Assembly (NCBI GenBank): GCA_022759035.1
Contig: JAEMQD010000048.1
Span: 8,085-32,084, forward strand
Reading direction: 5' to 3'
DNA from: Thiotrichales bacterium
GTDB taxonomy: Bacteria; Pseudomonadota; Gammaproteobacteria; Thiomicrospirales; Thiomicrospiraceae
DNA length: 24,000 nt
The notes under the pieces are model-generated. The model ran no database searches. It saw nothing but the letters and a program-made list of their open reading frames with translations, and was not told the DNA's origin. Of the stretch, positions 16,068 to 24,000 are shown one piece after another. A program made the position numbers and the translations under genes. Position 1 is the stretch's first letter. Every line of letters starts with the position of its first letter.

Positions 16068-16073
16068 ATTATA
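16068..16073 (-). promoter_or_regulatory. Candidate -10 element of the pqi operon promoter
   Basis: Perfect TATAAT on the minus strand, ~48 nt upstream of the GTG at 16020. There is no good -35 element (ACAAAA at 17-nt spacing). Confidence 0.3.
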
Positions 16074-16128
16074 CGCAAGTCTGAGCTTGTTTTTGTGTGT
16101 TATTGTTGCATTACATTATGCGTTATTC

Positions 16129-16157
16129 TTGACCAGATGGCGAATATTGGCTATTAT
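16129..16157 (+). promoter_or_regulatory. Sigma70-type promoter for gltB
   Basis: TTGACC (16129-16134), 17 nt spacer, TATTAT (16152-16157). The predicted leader to the ATG at 16223 is ~60 nt. Confidence 0.55.
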
Positions 16158-16186
16158 CTTTAACCATTTTGCCCAAATTTTTGTTT

Positions 16187-16204
16187 GCTAGCCATAGGGC
16201 TAGC
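16187..16204 (+). promoter_or_regulatory. Perfect 7-bp stem-loop/palindrome in the gltB leader
   Basis: GCTAGCC-ATAG-GGCTAGC, ending ~8 nt upstream of the AGGA Shine-Dalgarno sequence. Confidence 0.35.
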
Positions 16205-16222
16205 TAATGCTAGGAAAGACGC

Positions 16223-19200
16223 ATGAACGAATTAACTCGCCTGCAAGGACTGTACGACCCTTCGTTTGAGAAGGAAAACTGTGGTTTTGGTTTGATCGCC
16301 CAAATGGACGATAAACCAAGTCATTGGTTAGTGCAGACTGCTATTCAGTCACTTTCACGTATGACACACCGCGGCGGTGTTGCTGCCGACTGCTGCACGG
16401 GCGATGGTTGTGGTTTGTTGCTGAAAAAGCCCGATGCGTTTTTCCGCTCTGAAGCACAAGTGCATGGTTTTACCCTTACCGATCATTATGCTGTGGGCAT
16501 GGTGTTTTTGAATAAGCAGGCAGATAAACATGCTGCTGGTGTGGCGGCGGTTGTGTCTGCGTTAGAAAATAACGGAGTAACCGTTGCAGGTTGGCGTAAA
16601 GTACCTGTTAATTCAACCTGCTTGGGTGAACAAGCAGCAGGAATGGAGCCAGATATCGCGCAAGTCTTTGTGAATGCAGCGCCAACCATGTCTGAAGCCG
16701 ATTTTAACCGTGCGCTTTTTATTGCGCGTCGTCAGGCAGAAATGGCCGTTGAAGCGAATGATGATGTGTTTTACATTCCATCAATGCATAGCCAGCTCAT
16801 TGCCTATAAAGGCTTGGTGATGCCACGTGAATTGCCCATTTATTACACCGATTTGAATGACGAGCGTTTTGCTTCATCTAGTTGTTCTTATCACCAGCGC
16901 TTTAGTACGAATACCTTGCCGCAATGGCGTTTGGCACAGCCATTCCGCTTCTTGGCCCATAACGGCGAATTAAACACCATTCGTGGTAACCGCAACTGGG
17001 CGTTGGCGCGTACCAATAAATTCCAAACTGCGCTCATGCCACAGCTGCAAACCCTCAAGCCGATTGTGTCGCAAACAGGCTCAGACTCGAACAGTTTAGA
17101 TAACATGCTCGAAGTATTGATGATGGGCGATATGGATGCGTTCCGTGCTTTACGATTAATGATTCCGCCAGCTTGGCAGAACGTGCCGCACATGGATCCA
17201 GATTTGCGCGCTTTCTTTGAGTTTAACTCAATGCATATGGAAGCGTGGGATGGCCCAGCAGGTATTGTTATTAATACGGGTAAGCATGCCATTTGTGCAG
17301 TCGATCGTAATGGCTTACGCCCAACGCGTTATGTCATTACTAAAGATCGTCATATTACTTTTGCTTCAGAAATTGGGGTATATGATTACGAACCCGCCTC
17401 TGTTGTCGAAAAAGGACATTTAAAACCAGGCCAAGTGATGGCGGTTGATTTAGCGACTGGTGAGTTATTGCGTCCAGCAGTGTTAGATGATCGCTTAAAA
17501 GTGCGTCAGCCATATCGTGAGTGGTTAGATGCAGGCTATATGCGTCTTGAAGGTAATCCCGACGGTGAAGCAGATTTACTGACGTTGGATGAAGATAATG
17601 CCCTGACCTATCAAAAATATTTCCAAGTGTCGTTCGAAGAGCGCGACCAGATTATTCGTGTCTTGGCCGAAGATGGACAAGAAGCGGTCGGCTCTATGGG
17701 TGATGACGCTCCGTTTGCGGTGATGTCTGAAAAAGTACGTCCGTTGTACGACTATTTCCGTCAAGTGTTTGCGCAGGTAACCAATCCACCGATCGACCCA
17801 CTACGTGAAGCCATTGTGATGTCGTTGAACACCTGCTTTGGTGCGGAAATGAATGTGTTTGAAGAAACGCAAGCCCATGCGCGTCGCCTGGAGGCAACGT
17901 CACCTATTTTGTCGCCTAGCCAGTTCGATAAATTATTGGCAATGCAAGAGCCGGGCTATGCGCATGCAATTATTAGCCTGCACTATCAGCCAAGTATGGG
18001 TTTGGAGGCAGCAGTTCGTGCAGTGTGCGATCAAGCCATTGCTGCGGTGAAAGCGGGTAAAACCTTAATCGTGTTGTCAGACAATGGCATTAGCCAAGAT
18101 AAACTGACGATACATGCGCTGCTAGCAACGGGTGCCGTACACCATGCGCTGATTAAAGCGGGGCTGCGTTGTGATGCCAACATTATTGTCGATACTGCGA
18201 CTGCGCGCGATCCGCATCATTTTGCGGTTTTGTTCGGTTATGGAGCAACAGCGGTTTATCCTTACCTAGCCTACGAAGCCATTCGTGATTTGTACCGTAC
18301 TAAAGAGTTAGATAACGGCAAAGCCTTAGCGAAATACTTATACAATTTCCGTAAGGGTATCGACAAAGGTCTATTTAAGATCATGTCGAAGATGGGTATT
18401 TCAACTGTTGCCTCTTATCGCGGTGCGCAGCTTTTTGAAGCCGTTGGCTTGAGTAATGAAATCGTGGATTTGTGCTTTGTTGGTACCATGACACGTATCG
18501 AAGGAACGCGTTTCGAAGACTTACAAGAAGACCAAGCACAGCTCGCTAAGCTGGCGTTTAATCCACGTAAGAGCATTAGCCAAGGTGGCGTGTTGAAGTT
18601 TGTCTTTAATGGTGAAGCACATGCCTTCAACCCAGAAGTGGTCGATGCCTTACGCGAAGCGTGTCAAAAAGGCGATAAAGCTGCCTACGATAAGTTTGCC
18701 AACTTGGTGAATAATCGTCGCCCGATGGTATTGCGCGACTTGTGGAAAGTGAAGCCAGCAGCAAGCGCATTGCCATTGGAGCAAGTAGAATCGTTAGAGG
18801 CGATCTTAAAACGTTTTGATTCAGCGGGTATTTCACTTGGCGCGCTGTCACCAGAAGCGCACGAAGCTTTGGCAGAAGCCATGAACCGTCTGGGCGGTCG
18901 CTCAAACTCGGGTGAGGGCGGCGAAGATCCTGCGCGTTTTGGCACAGTCAAAATGTCGAAAATTAAACAAATTGCTTCGGGTCGTTTTGGGGTGACACCA
19001 CATTACTTGGTTAATGCCGAAGTGCTACAAATTAAGGTGGCACAAGGTGCAAAACCAGGAGAAGGCGGACAACTTCCTGGTGCGAAAGTCGATGCGACGA
19101 TTGGCCGCTTACGTCATGCGGTACCAGGCGTGACGCTCATTTCGCCACCGCCACATCACGATATTTACTCAATCGAAGACTTGGCGCAGCTTATCTATGA

Positions 19201-20689
19201 CTTGAAACAAGTCAATCCTAACGCGTTAGTTTCGGTGAAATTAGTGGCTGAACCTGGGGTTGGTACGATTGCGGCAGGTGTCGCTAAAGCCTATGCCGAC
19301 TTAATTACCATTTCGGGTTATGACGGTGGTACAGGGGCTTCGCCGTTAACCTCGGTGAAATATGCGGGTAACCCATTTGAAATGGGTATCGCCGAAGCGC
19401 ACCAAGTGTTACGTGCTAACGACTTGCGCGACAAGATTATTCTACAAGCCGATGGTGGTCTCAAAACGGGTTTAGACGTGATTAAAGCAGCCATTTTAGG
19501 TGCAGAAACCTTTGGTTTCGGTACGGCACCAATGATCGCTTTAGGGTGTAAGTATTTGCGTATTTGTCACCTAAACACTTGTGCGGTGGGTGTGGCAACG
19601 CAAAACGAGCGTTTACGTAAAGAACACTTTATTGGTTTGCCAGAAATGGTCATGCACTACTTCCAGTTTGTTGCTGAAGAAACACGGACACTCATGGCGC
19701 AGTTGGGTGTTGCTCGTATGGAAGATTTGGTTGGTCGTTTAGATTTGCTAGAAGTAATTGAAGGCGTGACCAAGAAGCAACGTCAACTTGACTTTAGCAA
19801 GCTCCTAACAGATGGCGGTGTTAGCAAAGATAAGCCGCATGTTAATAACGGTCAGCGAAACCAGCCTTGGGACAAGGGCGATCAGGCAGAAGAAATGGTT
19901 GCGCAAGTGTTGCCAGCCATTAGTGCAAAAACAGGTGGTACTTTCCATTTCCACTTGAAAAATACAGGTCGTTCGATCGGCGCCCGTTTGTCGGGTGAAA
20001 TTGCAAAACGCTATGGCAATCATGGCATGAGCGAGATGCCCATTACCTTGAAGTTAACGGGTGTGGCAGGTCAAAGTTTTGGTGTGTGGAATGCGGGTGG
20101 ACTCAATCTGCACTTAGAAGGCGATGCCAATGACTATGTTGGTAAAGGCATGGCAGGCGGTGAAATTGTGATTGTGCCGCCACAAGGCAGTGCATTTAAC
20201 CCGCATAATACGCCGATTGTTGGTAATACCTGTTTATATGGGGCAACTGGCGGTAAGCTTTTTGCCTATGGTACTGGCGGCGAACGCTTTGGTGTGCGTA
20301 ACTCGGGCGCTACCGCTGTGCTAGAAGGCATTGGTGACCACGGTTGTGAATATATGACCGGTGGTACGGTTGTTGTCTTGGGTAAAACCGGGGTCAACTT
20401 TGGTGCAGGTATGTCGGGTGGTATGGCCTTCTTGTACGACGAGTCGAATGAAGCGGTTGATCGTATCAATCCCGAAATGGTCGAGTTCTGTCGTATTGAT
20501 ACAGAAGAGACCGAATCTTACCGTCATTATTTGAAAACCTTATTGCAAGATTATCACGCAAAAACCAACTCAGCGACTGCGGCGCGTGTTTTGGCAGACT
20601 TTAACCGCGAGGTCGGTAAATTCTGGTTAGTGAAGTCGCGTGCGATTGGGTTAGATCGCTTGTTAGACTTGTTCTCGAAAGCACACTAA
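16223..20689 (+). CDS. gltB: Glutamate synthase (NADPH) large subunit
   Basis: 1488 aa. The N-terminal propeptide ends at the catalytic Cys ([12 protein letters not shown]). Amidotransferase, central, FMN-binding (GEGGEDP...[16 protein letters not shown]...[15 protein letters not shown]) and C-terminal GXGXG beta-helix regions are all recognisable. Confidence 0.97.
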   Translation: MNELTRLQGLYDPSFEKENCGFGLIAQMDDKPSHWLVQTAIQSLSRMTHRGGVAADCCTGDGCGLLLKKPDAFFRSEAQVHGFTLTDHYAVGMVFLNKQADKHAAGVAAVVSALENNGVTVAGWRKVPVNSTCLGEQAAGMEPDIAQVFVNAAPTMSEADFNRALFIARRQAEMAVEANDDVFYIPSMHSQLIAYKGLVMPRELPIYYTDLNDERFASSSCSYHQRFSTNTLPQWRLAQPFRFLAHNGELNTIRGNRNWALARTNKFQTALMPQLQTLKPIVSQTGSDSNSLDNMLEVLMMGDMDAFRALRLMIPPAWQNVPHMDPDLRAFFEFNSMHMEAWDGPAGIVINTGKHAICAVDRNGLRPTRYVITKDRHITFASEIGVYDYEPASVVEKGHLKPGQVMAVDLATGELLRPAVLDDRLKVRQPYREWLDAGYMRLEGNPDGEADLLTLDEDNALTYQKYFQVSFEERDQIIRVLAEDGQEAVGSMGDDAPFAVMSEKVRPLYDYFRQVFAQVTNPPIDPLREAIVMSLNTCFGAEMNVFEETQAHARRLEATSPILSPSQFDKLLAMQEPGYAHAIISLHYQPSMGLEAAVRAVCDQAIAAVKAGKTLIVLSDNGISQDKLTIHALLATGAVHHALIKAGLRCDANIIVDTATARDPHHFAVLFGYGATAVYPYLAYEAIRDLYRTKELDNGKALAKYLYNFRKGIDKGLFKIMSKMGISTVASYRGAQLFEAVGLSNEIVDLCFVGTMTRIEGTRFEDLQEDQAQLAKLAFNPRKSISQGGVLKFVFNGEAHAFNPEVVDALREACQKGDKAAYDKFANLVNNRRPMVLRDLWKVKPAASALPLEQVESLEAILKRFDSAGISLGALSPEAHEALAEAMNRLGGRSNSGEGGEDPARFGTVKMSKIKQIASGRFGVTPHYLVNAEVLQIKVAQGAKPGEGGQLPGAKVDATIGRLRHAVPGVTLISPPPHHDIYSIEDLAQLIYDLKQVNPNALVSVKLVAEPGVGTIAAGVAKAYADLITISGYDGGTGASPLTSVKYAGNPFEMGIAEAHQVLRANDLRDKIILQADGGLKTGLDVIKAAILGAETFGFGTAPMIALGCKYLRICHLNTCAVGVATQNERLRKEHFIGLPEMVMHYFQFVAEETRTLMAQLGVARMEDLVGRLDLLEVIEGVTKKQRQLDFSKLLTDGGVSKDKPHVNNGQRNQPWDKGDQAEEMVAQVLPAISAKTGGTFHFHLKNTGRSIGARLSGEIAKRYGNHGMSEMPITLKLTGVAGQSFGVWNAGGLNLHLEGDANDYVGKGMAGGEIVIVPPQGSAFNPHNTPIVGNTCLYGATGGKLFAYGTGGERFGVRNSGATAVLEGIGDHGCEYMTGGTVVVLGKTGVNFGAGMSGGMAFLYDESNEAVDRINPEMVEFCRIDTEETESYRHYLKTLLQDYHAKTNSATAARVLADFNREVGKFWLVKSRAIGLDRLLDLFSKAH

Positions 20690-20719
20690 AACCGATTGCG
20701 CGTCATGATTGCGTCGTTG

Positions 20720-20777
20720 CAGGTGTGCTCAAACAGCGTTATGTACTTTATGTACACGCTTTGTTTTGCGCTACCTG
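20720..20777 (+). other. Long imperfect stem-loop in the gltB-gltD spacer
   Basis: Hand pairing gives ~20 Watson-Crick pairs in segments (20720-23/20774-77, 20727-28/20770-71, 20730/20768, 20731-34/20763-66, 20735-38/20757-60, 20742-46/20752-56). The apical loop is TTTAT. Confidence 0.4.
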
Positions 20778-20818
20778 CGCCTAGCACTCAAAGCCGCTCA
20801 TCGCGGTTTTGAATTTAG

Positions 20819-22240
<1,422 letters not shown>

Positions 22241-22284
22241 TTGGTGTAAAATAGGCATACTAATTTTTACATGGGTACTCGGCA

Positions 22285-23631
22285 ATGAATTGGAATAAAT
22301 TAATCAACGTAGCCAAGGATGTGTTAGAAAATGGTTTGTTAGATCAGCCAGACGAAGTGACATCGGCTCACGCAACAGCCAAAGCTGTACCATCCTCGCC
22401 AGTGCCAGCGGCGACAGGCGACTTGCGTACTGACGCGTTAAATTATCATCAGTACCCTGTGCCAGGTAAACTGTCTATCGAGCTATCTAAGCCCGCAGAA
22501 ACAGCGCGCGATTTAACGCTTGCATACAGTCCAGGTGTGGCCGAGCCAGTAAAAGCCATTGCTGAAACACCAAGCGACGCCTACAAATACACCATGAAAG
22601 GTAATTTGGTGGCCGTGATTTCTAACGGCACAGCGATTCTTGGGCTAGGTAATTTGGGTGCTTTAGCTTCTAAACCCGTGATGGAAGGCAAAGCCCTGTT
22701 GTTTAAGCGCTTTGCTGGTGTAGATGCTATTGACATCGAAGTCGATTGTACCGACACAGAAGAGCTGATTCGCACCATTGCCAATATTGCTCCAAGTTTT
22801 GGGGGAATTAATTTAGAAGATATTGCCTCGCCACAATGTTTCGAAGTAGAAAATCGTTTAAAAGCGATGCTTGATATTCCCGTCTTTCACGATGACCAGC
22901 ACGGCACGGCCATTGTTATTGCTGCTGGACTAACCAATGCGCTTATCGTTGCTAATAAGCGCTTAGAAGACGCTAAAATTGTCTTAGTTGGTGCAGGTGC
23001 TGCGGGGACAGCATCGTTGAACTTACTATTAGATTTGGGCGCAAATAAAGCGAACATCTTGGTTGTAGATAAAGTGGGTGTCCTGCATACAGGTATGACC
23101 GATTTACCGCCACATATGGCACAATTTGCTGCCGACACGCAAGCGCGCACTTTAGCCGACGCGTTAGTTGGTGCAGATGTGTTTATTGGTTTGTCCGCAC
23201 CGAATTTGTTAGCTCCAGAAATGCTGTTAAGTATGGCGGCAATGCCCGTGGTCTTTGCCATGGCGAATCCTGATCCTGAAATTCGCCCAGAAGTCGCTAA
23301 ACAGGTACGTAACGATGTGATTATCGCCACAGGACGTAGTGACTATCCTAACCAAGTAAACAATGTGCTCTGCTTCCCCTACTTGTTCCGTGGCGCCTTA
23401 GACGCGCGAAGCAAAGAAATTAATACCGCCATGAAATTGGCTGCGGTCGATGCCATTGCTAGCCTAACGCATGAAGTCGTACCAAGTGACGTGTTAACTG
23501 CGAATAATCTAACCAGTTTAAGCTTTGGTGCTGAATATATTCTACCTAAGGCCAACGATCAGCGCTTGCGCGAACGGGTGTCGCAAGCCGTTTATCAGGC
23601 TGCAGTCGATTCTGGCGTTGCACGCTGCTAA
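22285..23631 (+). CDS. maeB: NAD(P)-dependent malic enzyme, short form (no C-terminal phosphotransacetylase-like domain)
   Basis: 448 aa. DLTLAYSPGVAEP, ISNGTAILGLGNLGALASKPVMEGKALLFKRFAG, FGGINLEDI, VFHDDQHGTAIV and VLVGAGAAGTA are malic-enzyme signatures. The start codon is uncertain: the first ~45 aa precede the conserved core and there is no clear SD at 22285. Confidence 0.85.
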   Translation: MNWNKLINVAKDVLENGLLDQPDEVTSAHATAKAVPSSPVPAATGDLRTDALNYHQYPVPGKLSIELSKPAETARDLTLAYSPGVAEPVKAIAETPSDAYKYTMKGNLVAVISNGTAILGLGNLGALASKPVMEGKALLFKRFAGVDAIDIEVDCTDTEELIRTIANIAPSFGGINLEDIASPQCFEVENRLKAMLDIPVFHDDQHGTAIVIAAGLTNALIVANKRLEDAKIVLVGAGAAGTASLNLLLDLGANKANILVVDKVGVLHTGMTDLPPHMAQFAADTQARTLADALVGADVFIGLSAPNLLAPEMLLSMAAMPVVFAMANPDPEIRPEVAKQVRNDVIIATGRSDYPNQVNNVLCFPYLFRGALDARSKEINTAMKLAAVDAIASLTHEVVPSDVLTANNLTSLSFGAEYILPKANDQRLRERVSQAVYQAAVDSGVARC

Positions 23632-23696
23632 CCCTTTTATGGGGCAGAATAAAAAAATCTTGGGTGTAAAAAGACTAATTTAACAGAAAGTTATTG

Positions 23697-23712
23697 ATTT
23701 TTCTGGAAAAAT
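23697..23712. promoter_or_regulatory. Perfect 16-nt palindrome abutting a promoter -35 element (candidate operator/activator site)
   Basis: ATTTTTC-TG-GAAAAAT. Its right edge is 2 nt (23713-23714) upstream of the TTGCTA -35 hexamer. Confidence 0.3.
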
Positions 23713-23714
23713 TC

Positions 23715-23743
23715 TTGCTAAATCAAACAAAACATCGTATTAA
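23715..23743 (+). promoter_or_regulatory. Sigma70-type promoter for the sensor gene starting at 23764
   Basis: TTGCTA (23715-23720), 17 nt spacer, TATTAA (23738-23743). AAGGA follows at 23753-23757. Confidence 0.45.
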
Positions 23744-23763
23744 GCAAGCAAAAAGGATTCGCC

Positions 23764-24000
23764 GTGCATAGTATTGCTAATAAGTTAATGATCAGAATGC
23801 TGATTGCTTCAGTTGTCATTTTGGCGATAGGCACTGGCGTCATATTGCATATTCGTACTTCATTATTTGAAGACGCTGCCGCAGACTTAATGCAAGCCAA
23901 AGAACAGCAAATTGTTGATAATTTCAAGCTAAAAATGGATACGGGCATTGCCGCCCTATATGGTATTGTTTCTACAACCCCTCAGTTAGCAGAATTAGTA
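23764..24000 (+). CDS. 5' end of a membrane-anchored sensory protein (MCP- or sensor-kinase/cyclase-like N-terminus); continues beyond the window
   Basis: Not in the track because there is no in-window stop. GTG at 23764, with AGGA 6 nt upstream, opens 79 sense codons to the window end: VHSIANKLMIRMLIASVVILAIGTGVILHIRTSLFEDAAADLMQAKEQQIVDNFKLKMDTGIAALYGIVSTTPQLAELV. This reads as a short cytoplasmic tip, one TM and the start of a periplasmic ligand-binding-type domain. Confidence 0.55.
   Translation, partial: MHSIANKLMIRMLIASVVILAIGTGVILHIRTSLFEDAAADLMQAKEQQIVDNFKLKMDTGIAALYGIVSTTPQLAELV

Noticed and set aside
16139-16153. Sigma54-like TGGCGA-N-TGGCT element upstream of gltB.
   Set aside because: The GG-to-GC spacing is one nt short of the -24/-12 consensus, and TTGCA is not present. 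The sequence is better explained as the spacer of the sigma70 TTGACC-17-TATTAT promoter.
16486-20527. Numerous 60-130-aa track ORFs inside or antisense to gltB (for example 16891-17292 -, 18627-18905 -, 18685-18951 -, 20266-20527 -).
   Set aside because: All are nested within the 1488-aa glutamate synthase large-subunit frame, which is conserved end to end. No independent start signals or motifs were found.
20705-20812. 35-codon ORF (MIASLQVCSNSVMYFMYTLCFALPAPSTQSRSSRF) in the gltB-gltD spacer.
   Set aside because: It has no SD, and it coincides with the two stem-loops, which explain the sequence better as RNA structure.
22245-22271. TGTAAAA...TTTTACA inverted repeat after gltD, considered as a terminator.
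   Set aside because: The stem is only 7 all-A/T base pairs with a 13-nt loop, and the sequence after the stem (TGGGTACTC) is not a U-tract. It is too weak to call.
22887-23330. 147-aa minus-strand ORF antisense to the malic enzyme gene.
   Set aside because: It is the mirror frame of an Ala/Gly-rich Rossmann region. The A/S/T-rich translation has no start signals.
23718-23948. 76-aa minus-strand track ORF at the window end.
   Set aside because: It is antisense to the SD-preceded sensor-gene N-terminus (23764 onward), and it runs through that gene's promoter. The plus-strand reading gives a sensible TM-anchored protein.

Overview
This window looks like ordinary chromosomal sequence from a moderate-GC Gram-negative bacterium, with gammaproteobacterial-type gene content. 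All calls come from reading the sequence and the supplied translations by eye; no database or HMM search was possible. I found no mobile element, CRISPR array, tRNA/rRNA, toxin-antitoxin or recognisable defence system.

Gene order:
- 1-1164 (-): a CDS absent from the ORF track because it has no in-window stop. It encodes a secreted protein with an unassigned N-terminal domain fused to a TlpA-like WCPPC thioredoxin domain.
- 1355-2254 (+): yeaD-type hexose-6-phosphate mutarotase.
- 2311-16020 (-): twelve co-oriented genes.
  - GAF-PAS-(degenerate GGDEF)-EAL sensor.
  - HDOD protein.
  - Membrane-anchored AsmA/TamB-like protein.
  - Two small low-complexity proteins with their own near-consensus promoter.
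  - Periplasmic-binding-domain-PAS-PAS-GGDEF cyclase.
  - Orphan NMT1-like binding lipoprotein.
  - pqiC, pqiB and a pqiA split into two overlapping genes.
- 16223-23631 (+): gltB, gltD and a short-form malic enzyme.
- 23764-24000 (+): 5' end of a membrane sensor gene, also untracked.

The least explained part is the two-gene cassette at 8081-9069. It encodes a disordered T/N/S/Q-rich protein with a duplicated 33-aa module and a coiled-coil partner, and it sits inside a c-di-GMP and envelope-lipid-transport neighbourhood. I cannot assign it to any family. It is the best candidate for something undescribed, but the evidence is compositional only.
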